Shown in pieces: positions 17,801 through 28,000 of a DNA stretch of 64,000 nt. The stretch comes from a virus. The stretch spans positions 68,625 through 132,624 of IMG/VR virus record IMGVR_UViG_3300032291_001597, one strand, 5' to 3'. The position numbers and the translations under genes were made by a program. The notes beneath the pieces were generated by a model. The model made no database searches. It had not been told where the DNA came from and saw nothing but the letters and a program-made list of their open reading frames with translations. Numbering within the stretch: position 1 is the stretch's first letter; each line of letters opens with the position of its first letter.

Positions 17801-18595
17801 CTTGTCGAAGAATATGGTTTTGAAATACTTGAAGAAAAAAGTGCTAGGGATGCTTTGAATTTTGGAACCGATTCTCTTCCTAAATCTTTGGTCTCTTTGA
17901 TTAGTAGGAGAGTATCTAAAAATGGAAACAAACTTCAGTTAAGTGTAAATTCAAGAGGCGGAACTGTAGTTATTAGAAACGACAGTTCTACTGGAAAAGC
18001 CTCTAGAAACCCTTTTCTGGAAGAAATTAGTGCTGACTCGGTTGTTTCTCTGTCGGTAAGTCCTAGTTCGACTGGTATGCCTAATGCTGGAGAGATGGGT
18101 GGGGCCGCTCTGCACGAACTAACGCACTTGATGGCAGAGACTGTAAAAATGGCTTCTTTCCTAGAGTGGGCAAAATTAAGCGAATTAGGTTTAGAGAAAA
18201 CGAAGCCAGATGGCTCACCTGATGTCCCCCTGATTAGGGCAGACTCGGTTGACAAGTCGGAGGCTGGCTCTTCTATTCCTGCCGAATTGATGGACAGAGC
18301 AAAAATTATGGCACTAGAAGCGGGCATACCGCTCAGCACTATTCTGAGATACGCTGGAAAGTTCAATACCGACTCCACAGGAATGAGGGTTGGCTTTGGG
18401 CCTAACAGCAACGGAGAACTTTTGACGACAGTTTTGGAGAGCCTATTGAGTGGTACTACTGGAAACTTGATTAGGAACCACGAAACAGAGAGGTTCGAGA
18501 GAGACTCGAATTCTCCAGTAGTAGACACTGGCCTAATGGACTGGGGCTTGGCTTCGCTACTATTATTAGACGCATACGCTAAGGGACAACTCTAG
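11825..18595 (+). CDS. Giant polyvalent protein 1 (2256 aa): QRRDRKGRF tag, ART-like, kinase-like, NUDIX, DEDDh exonuclease, HExxH peptidase-like
   Basis: YR..SSLD..DE (~13570-13810); YVK..NEVLA..WLANWDV..DNI..RVDPGG (~14370-15045); GG..RELQEEVGL (~15300-15750); DFE..QNVLFD..HSADGD (~15970-16580); HELTH 18113-18127. Confidence 0.85.
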   Translation: MAINPYAGENSFLARSARAKRQRRDRKGRFAWMGGAARFFLAVEGVGKGLSIPSRFAGYDKKSDSFDLELQDAEDIAKYGKLVRVPASKVEGLKAYLNLPSLGKRTPTNVESDVLVSPDEIKKIDAPSGWNLTKTENGVEFYESEDGWIAEKYSNLDAYKKSGKSPNKFKGSGVNGVPQSSQPVYHVYRNPKADALMYDDSVRFGDVSVAAQTWGDTQAVVEKLARRKSDSFKSNLSSLRALPSAWTDYDPSSRGLFSDTKWTLYKYESGKTPTPARIMKMSSIQRNNLYKKLSENLRNPEATANWYKDDRTLRTSFQVRQMPVNSADARTALNKARVEGKKIQTFDGTSKLDPKEDVLELSYYKTDGSEPIAYFQDWEDLEDWIEEERFSAKEKLKKEQEAAKNLEPMPRRAMELPDRSDSDIIQDLEPVSTPAISKSSFFKTENSDFEGVASEKADNPRSSKYIDGPDVVNEIMNEAAKVAFEQGRFPIPRKGGISTSADGKFLAPDVKIALQRQYKRVFDYLKESNPDFMANYDTFDKFWADVDKNSVSTSTPFGDGPESEFRQTVNKAYAKEILGLDEDGFIEVYRNSIRGGSREGQSEVDAAAGYSSLDKNMAWDYQSQATGDGPFSGRYSIKVKPEEYGGMIGHSGGLDEFGVVLGKNVTSIDGRIEKHGKLETLPILDGVTFGARGTGGGPYRFFNEGFRFIKPAGEFDYTSFDDLIARAGGKDKVRAKISEFWPNTTFDRVEKDSFGLNGSSFEKYITKLPNGKAIFNPASLTLTESGFGAEGIDQRGDRMDNVLKGALAFQELTGQKIIEWRRGGNPFTDKKASTAPETTATTERAGIRDLSGFKPTGGPLGSNEGGTYEDANGNKIYVKKPRTKLHGENEVLASMLYERLGVNTAKIRFGRLEDGTEVTYSEWIDSKKDLRQRLSDPEYVQKIQEGFGVDAWLANWDVAGGALDNIVTDNNGDPVRVDPGGALWFRARGEAKGDAFGEKVGELDTLTDGSNPQSKLVFGSMTNDEKRDAVSDLINISPDEIERLVNQNISDRGVAQKMSETLIARRKNALDRFGISDSVPLATPRQAPLFGPRREPRHRKRRISGYKYLVDRRGVHYPSKPLSAQDYSDLRAGRAMPKHLPFAFAPTKNGNVHYLDSNGKLHWGQYGAAGALLRRKNPEGDYEYLMIQRGRTSTGPGRWSSPGGAHDSFDDSQNPEITAKRELQEEVGLNLEDRIPSFVLRKEDAPDWAYNMIVYDVEFGEFDRIALERDKKGRLVGDAIDATWLDIDEIRYMKDRGMLHDGFSSDLIEQINEDNVGAGTIELISPIRYARSRVPQDLGVELVPATMDNNRVKAPSKPFTGSVERELDGLTKQEAIEKLRGMEISFIDFETNGIDDFDGDLNGNRPVQVGIVKVKDGKVIDRLNVYMNPGAPLGEWSSKNLQRDVVAPDGSRTPTLVTDAWLKKQISQDDALKQITDFMGENPIVGGQNVLFDLEILDRMAGNAGSDYKVSGTVDSMTLAEYLLPRYDSTKGVDGPKKKNADGTFTPSYSLGTITQFLGFEPTKWHSADGDAEDSASMLSKMLERAENDDSIGNDAFNSDLNTERYRDGLEKYKAATDPASPSTIKQNEGLEKILAKYPASPEKTEALRADVGIATRGGATEIMQEYVEAEEAKRRRYDNDPELDQIKREVFGLAVGLPTDTNDSSNPYLQGPIRDLGIELFPNLSPSERPELVQATPEWKELNKKVTAAGAVLGKKVRDAVTAEHKENYGTDPYQELESLDKKVLDAKDFYYKKLKNSKAIFARWRSGWLARNRNNVETVSAQLLAEMNRNETPNDTNALGRSPEIYDELLNIKASSANDQEALAKIFEVFVQSKVSDEKIFLSLRQGARSGGIRPGTPDHNDWLALSEVSMARNKLDGLKTKQSDLATRVSTLQAIETRRLLSALGVEFNHGVQIEAQFGRPGQVLATFNPATEKWEKTFSPLDEDRQEMLVEEYGFEILEEKSARDALNFGTDSLPKSLVSLISRRVSKNGNKLQLSVNSRGGTVVIRNDSSTGKASRNPFLEEISADSVVSLSVSPSSTGMPNAGEMGGAALHELTHLMAETVKMASFLEWAKLSELGLEKTKPDGSPDVPLIRADSVDKSEAGSSIPAELMDRAKIMALEAGIPLSTILRYAGKFNTDSTGMRVGFGPNSNGELLTTVLESLLSGTTGNLIRNHETERFERDSNSPVVDTGLMDWGLASLLLLDAYAKGQL

Positions 18596-18603
18596 GGAAA
18601 ATA

Positions 18604-18942
18604 ATGAATGAAATCGCTTATTACAGCATCACTTTGAAAGACGGTAGTGAACTCTACTGGACTAAATCATTTGGGCTAAACGTCTTCGTAAACTACTTGG
18701 AAAATAAGGAGTTAGACGAAACTAGCGACGCTTTTCAGTTGGCGCTTGATGTCGAGGTCTTTATGACATCTGGTGGGGACTCTTTTTCATTCAAGTATCT
18801 TGACGCTAGTATAAAGAAAGACATAAAAGACCCCGTAGCAGTGAAATTAGCAATTCTAAAGTTTTACCCTGACGCAGTGTTTTCTAGCACCGCGCCTAAC
18901 ACAGATGGTTTCACTAAAAAATCAGGAAACGTAGTCAACTAA
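18604..18942 (+). CDS. Small hypothetical protein directly after giant 1 (possible partner or immunity)
   Basis: SD-like AGGGA; 8 nt after the giant's stop codon. Confidence 0.75.
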   Translation: MNEIAYYSITLKDGSELYWTKSFGLNVFVNYLENKELDETSDAFQLALDVEVFMTSGGDSFSFKYLDASIKKDIKDPVAVKLAILKFYPDAVFSSTAPNTDGFTKKSGNVVN

Positions 18943-18973
18943 AGGCAAGCAGTCAATAGCAATACAATAAAGT

Positions 18974-18982
18974 TGCTATACT
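18974..18982 (+). promoter_or_regulatory. Extended -10 promoter of giant 2
   Basis: TGcTATACT, followed by SD AGGAG at ~19020 and ATG 19035. Confidence 0.55.
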
Positions 18983-19034
18983 GTTTTTTATACAGATTGA
19001 CGCTGACTGTAGTCGTTTTAGGAGAAATTTTCAT

Positions 19035-22000
19035 ATGACTGACGCTTTCGGGCTGTCCCACCCTGACGACTCGCCAATTGTCGCAGCAAGCAATGCTTAC
19101 TCTGGTAAGAACTCGGCAGCAGCGAGACGTCTTAGAGTAAAACTTCAGCGCCGTGACCGTTATGGCCGCTGGGTCGAGATGGGTGGCGTACTCAGTTTCA
19201 AGGTGCGCGTCAATGGCGAAGTTCAGACCAAGATTGGTCGAGCAGTTGGTGGCTCCCAGCGTGACGGATATATTCGCGTCGTAATTCCAGAAGGTCAGGG
19301 CATTAGACCCGGCACTTACCACATCTCTGAAAAGGTATCCCGCACTGCTAAGGCGATGCTTGGCGAAGAATACCTAGAAGAAAAGGGCGTCAAGGTCGAT
19401 GCTAACGGAAACAGTATTGGCGAAGTACTTGACCGTGATATTGAAGATGTTAAGGACCTGTTTAGAGAAGACACTTCTGACCTAGACCGCGCGCTGCTTG
19501 ACGGAGTTCTGAGCGAGGACGAAAAGTCTGCCCTAGAAAAGTCACGCAAGACTGCCCCTACCCACAAGTCTTACAACGTTGTGGACGAATCTGGTAAGCG
19601 CGTCGACGAGGACGAGGTCGGTGGACTGGACTTCACTGACATCGCAGACTCTAGGAACTGGCGTCTACGTAAAAACAGGGATGGCTCAATCAAGTCTGGT
19701 AAGTACCTTTCTCCAGACAAGAAACTAAGAGCAGAAATCTACCAGACCGAGTCTGGCAAGACCTACATGAAGGTGTCTTACCCTTCAGATAAGAACCTAA
19801 TTGAGAACGAAGAGGTTGGTGCTCTTACCGAGGACGACCTACTTGGTGACTCTCGCAACCTAAGCACTGGCTACGGACGTTCGCTAGATAGCGTCGACAA
19901 GACCGTGAAGGGCGCTAAAGCCGTTCTACCTGCTCCAGATAAAGAAGAGCAGAAGAAGATTGACGCAGAGCGCAAGGCTATGGAGGACTTGGTAAAGGCT
20001 TCGCCAGTGCGCGAGTCTTACGCTATGCCAGAACTTTACATGGCTGAAGCAACTGACGACGAACTCTTTGCTCGACTAAAGTCCTTGGAAGAACGAGACA
20101 CCAACAATGACTCGCTATTTATTAAGGATGGAGAAATCCGCAACCTTAGGGCCGAGCGCGAGAGCGTAATTATTGACGACATCCGTCGTGAACTAAAGGG
20201 CCGTGGCTTGGCTATTCCTAAGTCAGTAAAGCCTGCTAAGCGTCCACTAAAGAAGCCAGCAAAACCTTCGGAGCAACCAGACAACTGGCTAAGCGCCCCT
20301 AGCCTCCGCGTTGGAGACCAGATTGTTGACGCTGACGGCAAGCGTAAGAAGATTGCTTCCATCACCCCTGAGCCAGAAGGCGACCGCGCACTAATCAAGT
20401 TCGCTGATGGTAGCGAAAGAATGTACGAGGGTGAAGAACTTGTACAGATTGCTAGCAAGAGCCTAATCAAGGAAGACGTTCCAGTAGAGCCAGTTGCACC
20501 TAAGTTCCCTGACGCTAACCGCTCTAACGTTTACGACAACGCTGCCAAGGCTCTTGGCATTACGCCAGAAGAACTCAAGGCTGACGAAAGAATCTTTGAC
20601 GCTGTAGAGCACACTTCGGACCTTATCGACAAGCGCCAAGAAGACGCTTTGCCAGAGTTTATGGGCGAAGACGGGACCACCAGACTCTACAGTTCTTTGA
20701 CTGATGCTATTGCTAAGCACTACGCACTGACTAAAAACGGCGAACTTTATGAGCCAGAGCCTTTGGGCAGAGATAACAAGGATTTGCTGGAGAAGGCTCG
20801 CGCTGGCGGGGCAACCATCAATCCGCTCAGCCGACGCAACAGGCTTCAGGGCTGGGCCGTCGCTGTTAGAGGCAACAACGACGAGATTATTGACACCGTG
20901 GCTCTTGAGGACGGTATCGGCGACCTACTTATGAATGACTATGTCAATAGAAACATTGACAAGTTTGGCGGAAACAAGTATCTTGGTCTTTGGCACGATA
21001 AAAAGAACCACGAATTGGTATTTGACGTCAGCGAAGTTTTCAAGGAGACTGATGTTGAGGCAGCAACCAAGGCTGGGCAAGATAGAAACCAAAAAGCCAT
21101 CTTCAACCTAAGAACTTGGGATGAGATTGAAACAGGAGGAACTGGAGACAATGGAAGAGCAAGAGAAGAGCGTGAATCAGCGCGTCTGGGCGGAGATAAG
21201 CCCAGAGGAGTGGAAGAACCTGAGCCAGCGAGAGCAGATTCTGCGGATGAAGAGCGCACGCCTGTCTCTGATTCAGGAGTCGACGGAGCAAGAGCCGAGG
21301 ACGAGCAAGGACTAAGCGATAATCTTCGCGAACTTCCTTCTTATCTTCGAGACAACCTATTAGAACTCTTACCTACTGGCATTTATGAGTCAGACAAGAA
21401 ATCTATTGGGGAGAACATTGACAGGCTAGAGAACTCTCTTGATAAGGGTAGTTCTGCAATTACTCAGGCTTTGAAGGCACTAAGCCGTTCTTTGGCTAAA
21501 GCAGAGAAAAAGCAAAACGAAAAAGACGCCGACAACCGAGAGGTCGCTGACCTACTCGACGAAACTATTATGCAGGTCTCTCTTGCACACAACTACGCTA
21601 AGTCAATTACCGTAGCACCTTCGGCACCTGGTCAACCAGAAGGTAAACTAACTCAACCGGGTAGCGCAAGTAGCAGAAGGATTAGCCCTTCTAGCGACGG
21701 TAGCGAATTCATAGCAGTTCCTAGGATGGCTAGGGATTCTGGTGGAGGCACTGACGACTCGATTTCTGATTTGTCAGATATCGTTGACGACACTGACCCA
21801 GAGATTGTTCGCCAACTTAGGGCGATGGATTTGGCTGTTGATTATGACAGTCTTAGTGATTCTCAAAAAAATACTTACAACAACCTAAAAACTTTCCAAG
21901 AGAAGGCGGTTAGGGCTTTAACTATTTCTGCCGTCTCAGACAATATGGAAAAGTACAAGCGCCAGCGCACGATTGCCCTGAGTGTTACTAGGGCACTTAA

Positions 22001-25000
22001 TGGATTTATTACTGCCATCAACACTGGTAATCCAAGAGAAGATTATATTTCTAGCGGTTCTCTGGAAAACAGAACTAGAAACCTGACTTTTATCGAAGAC
22101 TCGATAACTACTAAAACTGGTAGAGACACTAGAACTACGATTATTAATAAAGCAAAGGCAATTTTTGTTGCTCGCGATGGCGGGGTATATGAAATTAGCA
22201 TAGACAGTCACAACGCTGACATTGTGGCAAGACAACTTGATGCTAGCGGAAATTATGTGACTCTTCGCAGTGGTACGGAACGAGCAGCATTCTTAAATCA
22301 ATACGGCGGTAGTGGAGACGGGTTCCACTCCGAGGACGATGGATATTTAGACCCGTATAGCCCTAATTCCGATAAAATTAGGCCCGTTACTCCAGGAATG
22401 ATTAGAACAGACGACTCTGTTCAATCAAGTGGATTGGGAGGAGCGCTTTACGCTTTCCTAGGCTATCTACACGACCAAAATGGTCGTGGATTTATGCACA
22501 GTGCTCATTTGCTAGGACCTGGCAATATGGCAAGCAAACTTGTAAATAAAAACCTAAAGTATCACAACCCATCCCAGAGGGAAAAAGCCCTTACAGTAAT
22601 AAATCCTAATTCCGACATTATTCAGTCAATGAGTGACGCTGGCTGGTTTGGTCGCAGTTACAATGCTTTCACTACTTTGACTCTGTATCCTGGTAGCCAC
22701 AGTTCGCTGGACATTGCTGGAAAGATGACGTTCCAAAACTTCCTAAAGCCTTTGGACGGTAGCCTCGGCGGTGGGAACAACATCGGTCCACTTTGGAATA
22801 TGGACAAATCTATCCACGAACTTGCAGACCTGCTTCACGACTCGATTTCTATGGAGTCACCTGACGTGGCTGACTACTTTAAAGAGTATTTCGATGGCAA
22901 CAGGGAAGACTGGGAACTAATAAGCATCCAAGGCACTCTTCTTGACACTGCCTTCTTGGGCGGAGCGACCAAAGAAGATGCTCTTACTAAGTTACGTAAC
23001 CTAAAAAAGGTTACAGATTCACTCTTGTCCCCCGATGCTCGCATACCTGCTAGGGGGAACGTCAAGAAGATTGCTACTGGTCTATCTGAGGCTCTAAATC
23101 AACTAATTCCTGCTATCGATGCTAGAAGTTTTGATGACAGCACTAGGGTAGAGCGTCCTAAAGACATGGACTTCAAGTCGTTTAGCAAGGTCTTCGCTGA
23201 CCCGTTTGAATCTAAGAATGGCTATGAGCCGTTTAGAACCGACTTTATTATGCCAGAGGGCGTTCCTCCTATTGACTCTTCTGATTCATATATGCCAAAG
23301 AGAAATTACCCTAGTGAGTGGATAAACTCAGACGTTCCTGCCCCTAGTTCTTGGAGCGACGAAGGCGGAACCCTAGAACTACAGTCAGAGGAAAGATTGG
23401 TTGGTGCTTTAAGAAAGAGCATACAAAATAAATCTGACTTGGCAGTTATGGATTTTGATGGCGTAGACCGAAACATCCAAGCACGCTCTATTTATGATGC
23501 GCTACGTCGCAAGAGCCTAGACCACAATATGATTCTCGCCAAACTTTACGACGAGGTTTTGGGCGGGAACGAGAACCAAACAAGACTAGAAGAGTTTAGA
23601 AGAACCGCCCCGTCTCTTAAGAGCGAGGCTGCCGAACTAATCGAGTCCGTTGGAATCGTAGTTCCGCCAGCAGACTTTGAGTTTGGTGGTATGTACGACG
23701 AGGATGCCCATAAACTTTCCGCTGGCTCCGCAGTCTATGATGATGAAGTCACTGGAGAGGGTTTCGGTCTCCAACTAACCAAACTTTCGGAGAACGAGAA
23801 CCTACGTACACCTAACTACGCGACGTTGGACCGTAAGCCCTACGTTAGCGTAGATGAAGCGGACAACTGGTCCCGCTTGGGAACAAGTGACAATCCTAGA
23901 ATTATTGCTAGAAACTTCTCTCGCTCTGGGCTGTCTCAGGGGCTTGTTAGTGCTCTAAAGAGAAACAGTAGTTATGTGAACCTACAGTTTGCTAATGGCA
24001 CAGAGAGAAGAATCTCAATTCTTGCAATTAGAGATGCGCTTCAGCACCAAGGCGTAGACACTAACGCGCTTCTAAAGTCCGCTGGGGCGACTAGGGTTCG
24101 CGAGTACATCAGGTCTGTGAACGTGGCAGATAACGGTGAAAGAGTGACCAACACTTTCAAGGTCGGAGAAAAGCCAGGCTTTATAAGAACTAACACTTAC
24201 GCTAACCCAGAGGCAGAGTCTAACGGGCGAGCAACTGTTCTTATCGATGACCCTAATGCAACTTCTTATGATTCTTTGGGTTCTGGTTCTAAGGTTATCG
24301 GTCTCACTCGTTTAGACACTACGGCAGACCCGTTGCGACCTTACGCTGTAGTTTGGTTCGGTAAAAAAGATGCTGTCGCACTAAGCAGATTCAATGTTGA
24401 GGACCACGGCAGTAGAGTTGTAGAGCGCTATGAGACAAGAGCAGAGGCAGACGCCGTGCTTGGCGATTTGGCTAGAGACGATATGTTCTTTGTCGACCAG
24501 ATTATGCAGGACTCGGCAATCCTGCCTCCACTAAAAGTTACAAAGAGACTTCCTTCTACTTTGCCTATGACGGAGAGACTTCTGGGTTCTAGGACAATCA
24601 GCCACCAAATTGGAATTATTGACCCTAGAGTTGTCCACTTTTCCGACAACAGCGGGGTGCCTGGGGAAGGCGGTAAGGACGACCTGTTCCGTGATGACAA
24701 TGGCAACATACTTGCAACCGTAACTGCTAACGAAGACGGACAGTTCCAAGCCAAAGTAGACTCGCTCACCGAAACTTTTACTGACAGACAAATTGCTCAG
24801 CGGTGGGCTGGCGAAGAGTTGGCAAGAAAATTAGAAGCAAATCTAAACCTTGCTGATAGTAGTAAAGTCCCTGCGGAACGACCTAAGAGAGTTTTGTCTG
24901 GCTACGAAGAGTCAGAAACTCTAAAGACTGACCTAACTCTTTCTACTTATGGAGTTCTTTACTACAACGAAGGCTCTGTAGTAAGAGCCATTAAGGTTAC

Positions 25001-28000
25001 TGGTCAGCGGGCTAAGGCTTCTCCTTACAGAAGAGCCGAACCTGATTACCGACTTTTGTCTGTTAGCGTCACTGACCCGTCCAATCCTACTGTTAGTAAG
25101 TTTAACTTAGGGATTAGTAGAACTGGTAGAAGCGAATGGTACCTAACTGCTAGTGGTGGTGAAGTAGCGGTCGGCGAGCCTATGAATGTATCTAAAGTCT
25201 TTACCTCGCCAGAGGCAGCGATAAAGCAGGCAAGAAAACTTTCCGAGGACCGTCTAGGAAAAGACATGGTCCCTGACTTTGGTCCTATTGGATACAAGTC
25301 TTTGCCAGATGAAGTAATTCCTAGCCTCCCTAACGCCAAGGACTTGGATGAAGTGCTTACCCACGCTTCAACCGTTATTGACTCGACAGATGCGGTCGAA
25401 TTATCTAGTTTGAGTGGCGTGAATGGTGCCAAAAAAATTCAACTACCAGACGGAAGAATATTTAAGCGTAAAGGTGGTGGCATTACTTCTGGTCCTGCGG
25501 GCATTAGAAACGCAGAGAACAAGAGAAGAGTAGATGCTGAAGTATTTGCTCACGCTGTCTATAACTTTGCTGGAATCCAAGCAACTAACGCACAAAAGGG
25601 TAAAAACGGCTCCGCTCCTGTAGTCATGGACCCTTGGGTGGATGTTGACGGTAGCAAAAATTGGATGAAAATCACCGAACGTTCTGGGTCTGGCACCCAA
25701 ATTGGTGAAGACGTTCAGCGCGGTTTTGTGCTCGATGCTCTATTTGACAATCGTGATGTTGCTACTAACTCTGGAAACATTATTGTCGGAACCGATGGTC
25801 GCGCTCGCCGTTGCGACATGGGTGGTGCTGGTCTGTTTAAGGCTGGTGGAGACCGCGGTGTTAGGGCAACTACCTTCCAGGCTGATAGAGGAGAATCTTC
25901 TGTAGATTTTTATATGGGCAACTATATGGACTGGAGCCGTTCTACTGTCTACAAAGGTTTTAGTGAAGAGAAGCGTAAGCAATACGCTATCGACCACCTA
26001 GCCCCTCTTACTGACGAGGCGCTAGACAAACTTGGTGCTCTTATCGAAAACGAAGAAGACAGGAAGAAAACTCTTGACACTCTAAAGGCTCGCAGAGACG
26101 GTATTCTCCGCAAGTTGGGAATTGACATCGAGGAAGAACGAAGAAAGCGTGCTGGTTCATCTGCCGCCGAGCCTGAGTCTGAAGATGTTGTAGAAGTTCC
26201 AGACACTTCAGAAGAAACCATCGATGAGCCATTATTGTTGGAAGAACCCGTACGCGTACCCGTACCTTCTGGTCCTAAGAGGGTAAGTATGGCTGACCGT
26301 CTGCCTTTGAAGAGAACTCCTGATGGAGTTTATTACCCAGAACGTCACTCAGACCTATTCCCCTACACTCAGAAGATAAGAAACGGCGAGATTGTTCCTG
26401 AAGAACTTCCTTTCGCTTTCAAGCAACCTATACCTGTCATAGACGCTGGTGGATTCTATATGAGTACCCCACCGAGTTACGTTGACGCTAACGGAATCTA
26501 CAGAACTTCTGCTTTCGGAACTTTCAATACTTTTATTAGAAGAAAGAACGCTGACGGAAGTTACTCAATCCTTGGATTTGGCAGAGGCATAGGCGACAGA
26601 GAAGTTCTCGGTGGATTGATTGAAGATAGAGGTGCTTACAGCCACGACGCTGACGCTGAACACCTACGTCAAGTTTTGGATTCTAAAACTCACGGACTTG
26701 AGGGCAAAACTCCTGTGACGCACGAAGTGGAGTTGGCTCCTGGTTACAAGTCACGAGTTTCTATCTACGACTTGTCAGAAGATGAGGCTAGAGACTTGAA
26801 CTTAGCCAATGAACGACTCCTCCCTACCGACGATGGTGGAAAATACAGAAACAGGGAGTGGATGCCCCTGAACGATTTCTTAGAACGAATCTCTGACCCT
26901 GAGTGGATTGCCAACCCAGACAACCTTCAAGGACTTAGAGGCATCTTCTCTATGCCTACAATGCCACACCCACGGTCAAAGCCTCTAGGCGTGCCTCGTT
27001 CTGAAGATGAAGACATTGAAGTTGGAACTATCGAGTGGTCAAGAACCTCTGAGGTACTAGGTAAGTCTTATACAGTATCTAAACTAACCAACGGAACTTA
27101 CTCTATTAATGATTCGTCTGGTAAGACAATTGCTGAAGTGAGACCTGCTAAGGGGCTTTACAAGTTTGAAGCGTATATTCTTCCAAACAACATTGGCACT
27201 CCGGGCAACCCTGGAGCAAGACTAGCGTTCTTTGACAATGACAGACAAGCCACCGCTTGGGCTGGAGACTTAGCCACAGAAATGATTGGCGGAGACAAAA
27301 ACCTATTCAACGAATTAGGTGTTGGCGAAGTTGACTTAGGTCCTATTAGCCCAGTAGTTCACAAGGGCGGACACCTAGACAAGGCAACTGAAGACCAAAT
27401 CGCTACGCTAACTAGATTGGTCAACACTAAAGAAATGGTCGGTGCTACTCGCGCTCAGTACAGAGAGCACCTAAGAAAGCCAAACCTTGTAAAGGGTGAG
27501 GTTGGTTCTTTGATTAGGCAACTATCTAGAACTCCAGACCGTAGCGATGATGTTACTGCTTCGGAGCGAGATGGCGAATCAGTAACTCCTTCGAAGCCAA
27601 CCGATGGTGGCATTGTTCCACCTAAGGGTCCTTCGGGCGACGAAGATATGACCACTAGTCCTTTCATTAGAAAGAAGGCTTCCGAACTCGCACCTGGTGA
27701 CAAGATTGTCAATGCTAAGGGTGAATACATCGGCAAGGTAGCAATTACCTACGTCGACAAGGAAAACGGCAAAGTTACCGTTGCGATGATTGATAAGACT
27801 GGTGCTTCTGTAAACCTAGAAGAAGCCCTGATGGACGACTCTTACCTAGTCGACCCTAGAGTTCCAGCCGCTGTTGCCGTGCCTGAAGGTAAGGACAAGG
27901 AAGAGGGCGCTGGAGGCGCTGGTGGCGGAGACACCACTGCTCTACCTGGCGGACTAAGAGCGTTTAGGGCACGTAGCAGTTACATTATTGACCAAGTCAA

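Noticed and set aside
17935-18528. 197-aa minus-strand ORF and the many other antisense ORFs inside large genes
   Set aside because: Shadow frames of long plus-strand genes, Ser/Leu-rich, with no SD or recognisable motifs.
18939-19322. 127-aa minus-strand ORF spanning the giant-2 start
   Set aside because: Overlaps the promoter, SD and conserved N-terminus of giant 2 in antisense; no protein-like motifs.
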